A stretch of 64,000 nt of DNA from Nanobdellati archaeon (GTDB lineage Archaea; EX4484-52; GLR71), in NCBI GenBank assembly GCA_019429005.1, contig JAHYJR010000004.1, positions 1 through 64,000 on the forward strand, written 5' to 3'. The notes below the pieces were generated by a model that was not told where the DNA came from, ran no database searches, and saw only the letters and a list, made by a program, of their open reading frames with translations. The translations under genes and the position numbers were made by a program. Of this stretch, positions 1 through 9,596 are shown piece after piece. Each line of letters starts with the position of its first letter. Within the stretch, counting starts at the first letter, position 1.

Positions 1-96
1 CCAAATAGTTTCATCTTCAATACGCACCTCAATCTTTGGCGTACCGTCATCAGCTTGATAAATTATTATTTCGCTATTGGGTTTATGATTGTTCAT
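1..96 (-). CDS. RhuM/virulence-family DNA-binding protein, N-terminal part (runs off window)
   Basis: Hand translation from ATG at 96: MNNHKPNSEIIIYQADDGTPKIEVRIEDETIW, a typical RhuM-family N-terminus; lies directly after the hsdM stop, a common context in type I RM loci. Confidence 0.75.
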   Translation of the reverse strand, partial: MNNHKPNSEIIIYQADDGTPKIEVRIEDETIW

Positions 97-97
97 A

Positions 98-1660
98 TTA
101 TTTTGCACCTTCAATATCACCCACAATTTCATCAATCGCTGTTCTAAGTTCACTTTGCCTTTTAACAATTTCAGAAATTTTCTTGTTTAGTTCTTTAATA
201 TTTGTGATTTCTCTTTTGTCTTCTGCTGTAACATAACTAGATACTGCAATATTATAATCATTTTCAGCAATTCTTTCGTTATCTACTAACTTTGCAAAAT
301 ATTCTATATCTTTTCTTTCTTTAAAAGCATCTAAAATTCTTTTACGATTCTCATCTGAAAGTTTATTCTTATTTCCGCCACGAACAAATTCAGCAGAAGC
401 ATCAATAAACAAGGTTTTATTATCACTCTTGCTTTTCTTAAGTACAATTATGCAAGTTCCGATACTTGTTCCAAAAAATAAATCAGAAGGCAATTGAATA
501 ACGCAATCAATGTAATTATTATCAATTAAATATTTTCTAATTTTTTGTTCTGCTCCGCCACGATATAAAACACCTGGAAACTCAACAATTGCGGCAGTTC
601 CACTTGTAGAAAGCCACGAAAGCATATGCATAGTAAAAGCTAAATCGGCTTTACTTTTTGGTGCTAAAACTCCTGCTGGTGAAAAACGAGGGTCATTTAT
701 TAGAATTGGATTAGCATCTCCTTCCCACCTTATTGAATAAGGAGGATTTGAAACGATTGCATCAAAAGGCTCTTCATCCCAGTGTTTTGGGTCTGTAAGT
801 GTGTTGCCATGAGCAATATCAAAATGATCATAAATAATATCGTGTAAGAACATATTGATGCGGCAAAGATTGTAAGTTGTTAAATTAATTTCCTGCCCGA
901 AAAAACCAAGGCGGACATTTTCCTTGCCAAGAACTTTGGCAAATTTAAGAAGTAAAGAACCTGAACCACATGCAGGGTCATATACTTTATTTACATCTTT
1001 CTTCCCAACAATAGTAATTTCAGCTAAAAGTTCGCTTACTTCTTGAGGAGTATAAAATTCTCCTCCTGATTTTCCAGCACTGCTTGCATACATGGTCATT
1101 AAAAATTCATATGCATCTCCAAAAGCATCAATAGTATTATCCGAGTAATTTCCAAGACGAAGTTCACCTATAGATTCTAAAAGCTTGACAAGTTGTTTAT
1201 TTCTTTGGCCTACAGTATTCCCTAATTTATTGGAATTTACATCTAAATCATCAAATAAGCCCTTTAAGTTATCTTCGCTTTCTGTTCCTTTAGCAGAACT
1301 TTCAATATTTTTGAAAACAGCAGACAAAGTTTCATTTAAGTTTGGGTCATTTCGAGCTTTTTTTGTAACATTTTTGAATAATTCACTTGGTAACATGTAA
1401 AATCCTTTTTCGTTAACTGTTTTAGCTCGTTCAAATTCTGCATCTTTATCTGATAATTGAGAATATTCAAAATCATTTTTACCAGCACGATGTTCATTAT
1501 CATTAAGATCATTAGTAAGATTCTCGCTAATAAAACGATAAAAAAGCATACCTAAAACATATTGTTTAAAATCCCAACCATCAATACTACCTCTTAAATT
1601 ATTTGCAATTTGCCAAATAGTTCTATGTAGTTCTGCTCTTTCTTGTTCTTTTGATGCCAT
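98..1660 (-). CDS. hsdM: Type I restriction-modification methyltransferase subunit M
   Basis: GEFYTP, YDPACGSGSLL (SAM binding), NPPY catalytic motif, HsdM N-terminal domain. Confidence 0.97.
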   Translation of the reverse strand: MASKEQERAELHRTIWQIANNLRGSIDGWDFKQYVLGMLFYRFISENLTNDLNDNEHRAGKNDFEYSQLSDKDAEFERAKTVNEKGFYMLPSELFKNVTKKARNDPNLNETLSAVFKNIESSAKGTESEDNLKGLFDDLDVNSNKLGNTVGQRNKQLVKLLESIGELRLGNYSDNTIDAFGDAYEFLMTMYASSAGKSGGEFYTPQEVSELLAEITIVGKKDVNKVYDPACGSGSLLLKFAKVLGKENVRLGFFGQEINLTTYNLCRINMFLHDIIYDHFDIAHGNTLTDPKHWDEEPFDAIVSNPPYSIRWEGDANPILINDPRFSPAGVLAPKSKADLAFTMHMLSWLSTSGTAAIVEFPGVLYRGGAEQKIRKYLIDNNYIDCVIQLPSDLFFGTSIGTCIIVLKKSKSDNKTLFIDASAEFVRGGNKNKLSDENRKRILDAFKERKDIEYFAKLVDNERIAENDYNIAVSSYVTAEDKREITNIKELNKKISEIVKRQSELRTAIDEIVGDIEGAK

Positions 1661-1756
1661 ATTTACACCTTGATATTATTCCTTTTTAACTCTTCTTCTG
1701 CAAAAATTTCAAATTGTCGTGATATGATAAGTCCTTTCTTTTTTAGTATTTTGAAC

Positions 1757-2725
1757 TTAAGTTAATATTTCATTTTCCTTATTCAAAATATTTGTAATTT
1801 GTTCAAAAATAGCATCAATTACTGGAACTGATACACTATTCCCAAATTGTTTATATGCTTGTGATTTAGATACTGGTATTTTAAACCATTCTGGGAAACC
1901 TTGCACTCTCGCACATTCTCTAGGAGTTAATCTTCTTATTTTTTCATTAACCAAATATGCACCCGTTTTTCCAGCAACTCCACCACCATAAGCAGAAAGA
2001 GTTATTGCATGGCCATTAATACTATAAATTCTCTCACCTTGACCCCCATTATTTATTTGACCAATTTGTATTGGATTTAATGACGGTGTTTCGTCTCTCT
2101 TCCAAAATTTCACATCAGTTCTATTAACAATACAATCTTTTGTATTCTCATCATTCTCAAGAATATCTTTAACATAAATTTGCTTATTAGTAGGTTTCGG
2201 AAAATTAAAGTTAGTTATTTCTAAGTCTTTTCTAAAACAAACAATATAAATTCTTTCTCTAGCTTGAGGCACATCATAATAACTTGCCTTTAAAACTTCA
2301 TAAAAAACATTATAACCCAATTCTTCTAAAGTTCTCAATATTATTTTTAATGTATTACCATGATAATGTTTAGTTAAATTTTTTACATTTTCAAGAAACA
2401 ATACTTTTGGTTGATGATGTTCAACTATTCTAGCTATATCAAAAAATAAAGTTCCCCTTGTATCTTTAAAACCTCTTTGCTTTCCAGATATACTAAATGC
2501 CTGACAAGGAAATCCACCACATAGAATATCATGTTTAGGTATATCAGTTTCTTTAATTTTAGTTATATCGCCTTGCGGAATATCTCCAAAATTTTCTTTA
2601 TAAGTTATTTGAGCATATTTATCCCATTCTGATGAAAATACACAATTAGCACCATGCTTTTCTAAAGCAATTCTAAATCCGCCAATTCCTGCGAATAAAT
2701 CAATAAAATTAAGTTCTTTCAGCAT
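1757..2725 (-). CDS. DNA (cytosine-5)-methyltransferase, M.HhaI-like
   Basis: FAGIGG, GFPCQ, ENV, QARERIY, FGNSV motifs; TRD GGQGERIYS..GHAITLSAYGGG closely resembles M.HhaI as recalled. Confidence 0.95.
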   Translation of the reverse strand: MLKELNFIDLFAGIGGFRIALEKHGANCVFSSEWDKYAQITYKENFGDIPQGDITKIKETDIPKHDILCGGFPCQAFSISGKQRGFKDTRGTLFFDIARIVEHHQPKVLFLENVKNLTKHYHGNTLKIILRTLEELGYNVFYEVLKASYYDVPQARERIYIVCFRKDLEITNFNFPKPTNKQIYVKDILENDENTKDCIVNRTDVKFWKRDETPSLNPIQIGQINNGGQGERIYSINGHAITLSAYGGGVAGKTGAYLVNEKIRRLTPRECARVQGFPEWFKIPVSKSQAYKQFGNSVSVPVIDAIFEQITNILNKENEILT

Positions 2726-3062
2726 CTTAATATTAAATAAGTAGTTCTATTTATTAAGTTTTACGTTTATCAATCGTAACATTAAGTGTTATAAAAGATG
2801 CAAAAAGAAAAATAATTAAAACTATCATGAAAATAAGGAACGGTTCAAAACCAACTTTCTTTAAAAGATATTCAAAAAGTAAAGTTGTACCAAATTAGGC
2901 AAGTATTATTAAATACACTATTTGAGTGTGTTTTTAAGCCATAGAATTTATTTAATTTTCAAAGTTTATATTCTTAATTTGATTTGATATAATTAAATAT
3001 AACAAATAGACTTACATTAATATATTTTTTATTAAACAAAATATCTATATTTGAATAATATA

Positions 3063-3530
3063 TCATTTAATTTCAGCAATAATCACAACATAGTTTTGTC
3101 CATATTTTTTTGCGCATTTTGGACATTTAGTGTACCACATATATTGTTTTTTAATATTTACATTTTTGCTTTTTGTATAGATTTCAAAGTCTTTCCACCA
3201 TTTATCCATATCATTATATGGACCCTCATAAACTTTGCTTAAGAATTTTCCACTTAATGTAACATTTTCCGCATTATGTATCTCTTTATCAACCGCTAAA
3301 TAAAGATCCTGATTCCATATTGAAGTGGTATCTGATAAACATAAACCATCTATCATTTTTCCATTGGCTTTCTCAACTGTGTCATTAAGATGTACCATGA
3401 CTTTACCAAAATTTATAGGTATATAGAATAGGGTGAATACTTTATCCTTAATGAATCTCTTATTTTTCCATTCAAATGATTTTCCATCCCATGGTTTAGG
3501 ATTAAATTTTGGACAACATACATCTTCCAT
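3063..3530 (-). CDS. Conserved hypothetical protein (putative hydrolase / GyrI-like family)
   Basis: CCPKFNPKPWD N-terminus and WYTKCPKCAKKYGQNYVV C-terminus of a recurrent uncharacterised family. Confidence 0.6.
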   Translation of the reverse strand: MEDVCCPKFNPKPWDGKSFEWKNKRFIKDKVFTLFYIPINFGKVMVHLNDTVEKANGKMIDGLCLSDTTSIWNQDLYLAVDKEIHNAENVTLSGKFLSKVYEGPYNDMDKWWKDFEIYTKSKNVNIKKQYMWYTKCPKCAKKYGQNYVVIIAEIK

Positions 3531-3706
3531 ATTATTCGCCTATTAATTAGTTAGTTCTCGGATTATTTATATTTAAAGTTTAAATGGCTTTAAGGCATAT
3601 TTATAATAGTTTATGGAGATAATTACATTTTATTATCAGATTATACTAGGGTATATATTTAAGTAATATATAAAGGTTCTAAGTTAATTTTATAATGTGA
3701 TACTAT

Positions 3707-3868
3707 ATGGCAGCAAGCTTAAAAGCAGTAAAGAAGATGAAGATTGACTATAATATTGATAGAGTCATTTATGATGCATTTATTAAAACATGCACACGTA
3801 AAGGATTTACCGCGAGTACTGTGGTTGAACAATTTATGAAAAAATACGCAGAGACTGGACAGATTTAA
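3707..3868 (+). CDS. Small ribbon-helix-helix-like protein (53 aa; below ORF-track cutoff)
   Basis: Hand translation MAASLKAVKKMKIDYNIDRVIYDAFIKTCTRKGFTASTVVEQFMKKYAETGQI; GTGAT RBS just upstream; beta-strand then helix-G-helix pattern. Confidence 0.65.
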   Translation: MAASLKAVKKMKIDYNIDRVIYDAFIKTCTRKGFTASTVVEQFMKKYAETGQI

Positions 3869-3984
3869 TGTCTATCTAGTCAAATATACTTAAATATCTA
3901 GGTATTTGTGTATAATACCTAAACCATTTCTTTATCTTCTAAAAAATAAATAATTATTTAATATTACTACTACTAAATATTAAT

Positions 3985-4491
3985 ATGAAACCTTATGTTC
4001 AATGGATCTTAGCAGCACCACAGAGTGGACAATATCTAGGTGTTGATATTGATGAAATCCTAAAAGAATATGAAATAATTTCTAAACTTGATTTTGATAG
4101 ACAACTAACCCAAAAAGAAAAACCTAAAACAAAAGAAGATATTATAAGAATGCCGCTTCTTTTTAATATGAAGGGTCCACAAATTAAAAAAACACTAATA
4201 TATATTAATCCTGAAACATGGCATGATAAACCTGTTGATGCCGAAATTTTAAGAGCTCAATATACAACACAGGATGGTCGTCCTCACGGAGAAGCTGTAT
4301 ATATCAAGAACAATACACCTGAAATTGATATCTCTTCAGATATAAAAGATTATTATAAAACATTTAATTGGCTTTCAAGAATTTATGAAATAAATGATAA
4401 ATGTGATTTAAATATATTAGAAATAAACGCTAAATTAGATGAAGCAATTATTAAACAATTAAAACATAACCTTCCATTCAAAAATTATTAA
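3985..4491 (+). CDS. Hypothetical protein
   Basis: 168-aa ORF with TATA-like TTTAATAT about 25 nt upstream of the ATG; no recognisable motif. Confidence 0.6.
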   Translation: MKPYVQWILAAPQSGQYLGVDIDEILKEYEIISKLDFDRQLTQKEKPKTKEDIIRMPLLFNMKGPQIKKTLIYINPETWHDKPVDAEILRAQYTTQDGRPHGEAVYIKNNTPEIDISSDIKDYYKTFNWLSRIYEINDKCDLNILEINAKLDEAIIKQLKHNLPFKNY

Positions 4492-5576
4492 ACATCAAAC
4501 AATTTGCCTAAAAATCTTTTTTTGACTGTAATCGCTTTTTTCGGACAAGCTTCACTACAACAATAGCAATGAATGCATTTTGAATAATTTATTTTCGGAA
4601 ACTTTACACCTTTTGATATAGCTTCAGCCGGACAGTTTATGACACAAGTGTTACAGTTTGTGCATTTCTCTGTTATAAAGGGATAAGGCGATAAATATCT
4701 GCCTGCGAGTTTCAATAAATGTCCAAATTTATTTGTATTTGCTTTCTTGAAATGTTTAGGGCGAAGTTTATCTATATCAACATCTGAAATAATTTTCAGA
4801 TTAGAGAAATCAATATCAAAATCATTTTCTGAACTTTCAACCACAAGTGTTGAAACCTCTTTTGGCTTAAAACCTAAAAGATTCGTAACAAAAAGATCAA
4901 GTCCAGGTGCGCTTTCAGATGCAGCAATAAAACCTAATTCTTTTGGAGTGCCTGCATTAGGACCATCGCCTTCCATACCAATGACACAATCCATCAGATT
5001 AAAAGAGGGATTCGCTAACTTCGAAAGATGTACAACCATCATTGAAAAAGCTCGAGGATCTGGAAACTTAAGATGATATTTACTTTTTCTAAAACCACAG
5101 ACGACGCCAAACAAGTTTTTTTGTGCACCTGTAAAACCTGTCAATGCGTGAGTTTTTGCTTTAGGTAAATTTATAATATAGTCATAATCCTTGAGACCAT
5201 TAAAGATTGATAAGGGTCCAACTGCAGTTTCAACCTCTTTTGCATCTTTGAATTCTATAATCTTGATACCTTCTGATTTACAGACATCGCCTATACCTGT
5301 AAGCTTAAGCACATTTTCGTAAGTTCCAAAACCTTGACTGTCACCTAGATAAACCTTACACTTTTTTACCTTAAGAATCCGTGCAACTGATGCTATTATA
5401 GCAGGATTTGTTGTTACAGCATCTTCAACGTTCCTTGGAGCAAGCAGGTTTGGTTTAAGAAGGATTGATGAACCTGTTTTAACTGTTTTCATAAAAGATT
5501 TCATGCAATAAGCTACAGCTTTATCAACTTGTTTTTCAGAATAATTATCACATTTTGTAACATAGATATTTGTCAT
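4488..5576 (-). CDS. DUF362 domain protein with C-terminal 2[4Fe-4S] ferredoxin domain
   Basis: LLKPNLL, NLPKAKTH, GAQKNLFG, GMEGDGP; two CxxCxxCxxxCP motifs. Confidence 0.9.
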   Translation of the reverse strand: MTNIYVTKCDNYSEKQVDKAVAYCMKSFMKTVKTGSSILLKPNLLAPRNVEDAVTTNPAIIASVARILKVKKCKVYLGDSQGFGTYENVLKLTGIGDVCKSEGIKIIEFKDAKEVETAVGPLSIFNGLKDYDYIINLPKAKTHALTGFTGAQKNLFGVVCGFRKSKYHLKFPDPRAFSMMVVHLSKLANPSFNLMDCVIGMEGDGPNAGTPKELGFIAASESAPGLDLFVTNLLGFKPKEVSTLVVESSENDFDIDFSNLKIISDVDIDKLRPKHFKKANTNKFGHLLKLAGRYLSPYPFITEKCTNCNTCVINCPAEAISKGVKFPKINYSKCIHCYCCSEACPKKAITVKKRFLGKLFDV

Positions 5577-5673
5577 ATGATTTTATTGCCTACATATTTT
5601 TTATAGTTTTACAGGAACCAAACGGAACTATCAAAAGATAAATGATTTAAATATAAAAATCATATCTAATAGT

Positions 5674-6861
5674 ATGACATTATATTCACATTCAAGATTA
5701 AACTGTTTTGAACAATGTTCACTTAAATTCAAATTCAAATATATTGATAAAAAACAAACAGATAGAAACGATTCTGTCGAAGCTTTCCTTGGAAAACGTG
5801 TTCATGAAACATTAGAAAAACTATACAAAGATCTTAAATTTAATAAGACAAATTCACTTCAAGATTTAATAAAATATTACACAACAGAATGGGATAAATC
5901 ATGGAGTAAAAAAGTAACAATTGTAAAACAGGATTATACAGTTGAAAACTATAAGTCAATGGGAATTAAATTCATAACTGATTATTATAATAAGCATAAG
6001 CCATTCAATAGCACAAAAACACTTTCGCTTGAAAAAAAAGTCATAATTCATTTAGATGATAAAGACAAATACGTTCTACAAGGTTTTATAGACCGCCTTG
6101 CCTTGAAAGGTGAAGACACTATTGAAATCCATGACTATAAGACAAATTCAAGTTTACCTGAACAAGACTATCTTGACCAGGACAGACAACTTGCATTATA
6201 TGCAATAGGTATCAAAAAGATGTATCCTTTTGTTAAAAAAATAGATTTGGTTTGGCATTTCCTTGCATTTGATAAAGAAATGAGGTCAAGTCGAACTGAA
6301 AAAGAACTTGATAATCTTAAAAATGATATAATAAAAATTATTGATACAATCGAAACCAATCATAAATATGAACCTACTGAATCTGCACTCTGTTCATGGT
6401 GCGAATATGAACATGAATGCCCGAGGAAAAAACATTTGTTTATAACTGAAGATAAGCCACAGAAGACATTCAAAAAAAAGGATGAGGGTATCATTCTTGT
6501 TGATAAGTATACAGAACTTAAAGACAAAAAAGATGAAATTGAAGTTGAGTTAGAAAAAATCAAAACTGAACTTTTCGATTATTCTAAACAGTATAATGTT
6601 GATAATATCTACAGCAAAAATTTTGTCGCAAGACTTAGGACATATATCAATCAGAGATTTCCCGGAAAAAATGATGTGACTCAAGAATATGTCAAAACAA
6701 TCCTAAAAAAATCTAAACTGCTTGATAAATTCATAACTCTTGATACATTTGCACTTACAAAATCTATGAATACAGATGAGATTGATGAGGCAACCAAAAA
6801 AAAACTTCTTAAATTTTCAAAAGAGTCAGAGACTAAAATGATATATATCGGAAAAATATAA
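5674..6861 (+). CDS. PD-(D/E)XK RecB-family / solo Cas4-like nuclease
   Basis: YSHSRL..FEQC, G..VHETLE, GFIDRL, IHDYKT, QLALYA, CSWCEYEHEC Fe-S staple. Confidence 0.88.
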   Translation: MTLYSHSRLNCFEQCSLKFKFKYIDKKQTDRNDSVEAFLGKRVHETLEKLYKDLKFNKTNSLQDLIKYYTTEWDKSWSKKVTIVKQDYTVENYKSMGIKFITDYYNKHKPFNSTKTLSLEKKVIIHLDDKDKYVLQGFIDRLALKGEDTIEIHDYKTNSSLPEQDYLDQDRQLALYAIGIKKMYPFVKKIDLVWHFLAFDKEMRSSRTEKELDNLKNDIIKIIDTIETNHKYEPTESALCSWCEYEHECPRKKHLFITEDKPQKTFKKKDEGIILVDKYTELKDKKDEIEVELEKIKTELFDYSKQYNVDNIYSKNFVARLRTYINQRFPGKNDVTQEYVKTILKKSKLLDKFITLDTFALTKSMNTDEIDEATKKKLLKFSKESETKMIYIGKI

Positions 6862-6863
6862 GA

Positions 6864-7721
6864 TTAAAATAAGTCTTTAACGTCAAGATGCTTGCTCATA
6901 ATCATATGAGGTCTTAAATTAACAAAAAGATTTGAAGTAGTCACACCCGTTATCAAGGGCGAATCATAGGTTTTTTTTGCTGTATTGAATAACCTATCAA
7001 GAAGTATTTTTGATTCATCTATAAGATTATCTTGATCTGACTTGATACTGCCTTCACTTAACCCAATTAAACCAACATTAATTGTAGGATATCCAAAATT
7101 AATAGTTTCTTGAGCCTTATAAAAATAAACGAAATCGTGAAGGTCCTCTATTACAACCAATTTAATACCATGCGTATCAAATAAATCTGATAATTTCTCG
7201 GAGATTTTAAAAACATTATCTGATAAAAAATCCATAAGTTTATCTTGATATATTGAGATTTCTGATTCTAAGTTTGCATTATTTAAATTCAAATTACTAT
7301 AAATATCATTATAAAAAGGTGCCATTGCAAGATCTCGTTCATATAAAAAACAGACTTTTATATTATCTAAATTTGATTTATCTAAATGTTTTTCAAAGTA
7401 ATTAGGTAAGTCATAGGAATAAACACCTTTTTCAGTTTTAATTATGTTACCCGGACCCTTATACTTAATTATATTTCGGCTATCACCATTACATCCGATA
7501 ATCTTATTAAAACGATTATTATTACATAAGGTCTCAAATTCCCTTTGATCAAATGCTTCAGGCCAATAAATAAGTAAAGCTTCGCCTACACCGACACCCA
7601 TTTTATCCATAGGCTTATCAAAAAGGTCAATATCATTAAGCAACAATAAATCATCACCATAACCCTCAGGTAATATGTTTTTTGTTTGGATATAATCTCC
7701 AGACATGTGCACACTATACAT
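6864..7721 (-). CDS. Hypothetical protein
   Basis: 285-aa ORF; LVVIEDL resembles a Walker-B-like strand but no Walker A is seen. Confidence 0.55.
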   Translation of the reverse strand: MYSVHMSGDYIQTKNILPEGYGDDLLLLNDIDLFDKPMDKMGVGVGEALLIYWPEAFDQREFETLCNNNRFNKIIGCNGDSRNIIKYKGPGNIIKTEKGVYSYDLPNYFEKHLDKSNLDNIKVCFLYERDLAMAPFYNDIYSNLNLNNANLESEISIYQDKLMDFLSDNVFKISEKLSDLFDTHGIKLVVIEDLHDFVYFYKAQETINFGYPTINVGLIGLSEGSIKSDQDNLIDESKILLDRLFNTAKKTYDSPLITGVTTSNLFVNLRPHMIMSKHLDVKDLF

Positions 7722-7848
7722 ATAATCACTTATATATTATTTATTAATGTATTTTTTTAAACGTTTCTAAAAACACCATAAAATACCAACATCAAATAAA
7801 ACCTAACAATATTCAAACATATAAATATCAAAATTCTATATAATTGAC

Positions 7849-9501
7849 ATGTGGGTTGAATTATTTACGCAATTAGGATTTATTGGATATTACACTTTAT
7901 GGGCACTTATAATTGGTTCTATTGCAATCTTTAAATTTGAAGCAAAACATGCTATTAGGAGACTTGTCCCTGCATGGTTTGTCGGAATATTGCTTATTAG
8001 CATAAGCCCAATCGCATCTATAATTGGCGCCGTTATGATTAGAATATTAAAACACACATTAGAGAATTCATTTTCACTTTCTATTGAGGACGTTCTTCTT
8101 TCATCAATGACAAATAAAACAATTAAAAAAGAGAAAAATGCAGAATTTTCGTTTAAAATATTGCTTACAGCTATCGGCATACTATTTATATTAAATATAG
8201 TCGCATCAATCTTTGCACCACCAATGGAAGTTGGATGGTACAATATGAATGATGTTAATATTGAAAAACTAGATATCAAAACAACTGCTAAAGTGTCTGA
8301 CATTACTTGGGATAATATCAAAAATATGAGACTTGTATCTGAAGAATATGCATTACAAATACCAAAAACGATGGTTACTGAAACAGGATGGACATTATCT
8401 TATGATTGGGATGGCGTCTATTCAATCAATAACACACTTTATTGGGTTATGGTATATGAACCATCACGTCTTGTAAATACTAAAAACCCGTCACCTGCAT
8501 ACATACTTGTTAATGCTCAAGACCCATCAGACAGGACAAAAATCAAAGAAGATATTAGATACAGTGAAGAGCGAAATGATCTTGTATCACTTTTATATCC
8601 ACTTATAACAACTGGAAAAATTTATGATGTGAAAACAAAATATTGGCTTAAATATCCATTCTTTAACTATGGTGATACAGTATTTACACATGATGACAAC
8701 AATGAACCAATATGGTTTGCACCTGTTAAATTTGAATTCCCTACTATATTTATAACAAAATTCTATACTGAACAGGTTGGTGTCATAACACTTGACAATA
8801 AGGGTAATACAATATTTTATTCAAACAAAGAAATTAAAGATGGAAATGTTCCAGCATGGTTACTTAATAATCAAATCTTGATTGATCAACAGTATAGTGA
8901 AATGAGAGTTGATAAATGGGCAAAATATAATGAGTGGAAAGGTTTCCTAAATTATAATTTCCAGCACGAACAAGTATATGAACTTGCACAAAATCTCTTT
9001 TTCCAATATGATTCTACAAATGGGAAAACATCTGGATTTATGCAACTTGAACCAGAAGGAGCTACACGAAAAGCAATTACGCATTATATAAATATTGATG
9101 CGGCAGGTAGTGAATTTGGTGATGTTAACATTTATGACATTACTGCATTAGAATTAATTGGTCCTAAAAGAGCTCTTGATGATGCACGAGGACAGGTAAG
9201 TCTTTATTCGGATTGGTATCCACTTCAACCACTTTTCAAAGAAATCAATGGTGCATATTTCTATGTCGTACCAATATATTCAGGTTTCAGAGAATCTATG
9301 GTACTTAGAGCTGTAGCTGTGATTGATGCAAAGACCGAGCAGGTCAAGCTTTTTGAATGGGGTGATGTTGAAGATCAAAAAGACAAATTAGTAACGGAAA
9401 AACCAACAACAAATGTTACTAGTACATCTACTGATTGTGAAGTCGTATCAACTGAGATTATCAACAATAAGATTATGATTGTAACTGAATGTAATATTTG
9501 A
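7849..9501 (+). CDS. Membrane-anchored hypothetical protein with large extracytoplasmic domain
   Basis: Three N-terminal hydrophobic segments, long polar beta-rich remainder, Thr/Ser-rich linker near the C-terminus. Confidence 0.7.
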   Translation: MWVELFTQLGFIGYYTLWALIIGSIAIFKFEAKHAIRRLVPAWFVGILLISISPIASIIGAVMIRILKHTLENSFSLSIEDVLLSSMTNKTIKKEKNAEFSFKILLTAIGILFILNIVASIFAPPMEVGWYNMNDVNIEKLDIKTTAKVSDITWDNIKNMRLVSEEYALQIPKTMVTETGWTLSYDWDGVYSINNTLYWVMVYEPSRLVNTKNPSPAYILVNAQDPSDRTKIKEDIRYSEERNDLVSLLYPLITTGKIYDVKTKYWLKYPFFNYGDTVFTHDDNNEPIWFAPVKFEFPTIFITKFYTEQVGVITLDNKGNTIFYSNKEIKDGNVPAWLLNNQILIDQQYSEMRVDKWAKYNEWKGFLNYNFQHEQVYELAQNLFFQYDSTNGKTSGFMQLEPEGATRKAITHYINIDAAGSEFGDVNIYDITALELIGPKRALDDARGQVSLYSDWYPLQPLFKEINGAYFYVVPIYSGFRESMVLRAVAVIDAKTEQVKLFEWGDVEDQKDKLVTEKPTTNVTSTSTDCEVVSTEIINNKIMIVTECNI

Positions 9502-9596
9502 TTTGATATCAGATATTACAATTTAATTTAAATACATTAATACAATCATATTCTGTTAAGTCAAAGACAATCAAATCTATTTTTTATAATATACAA

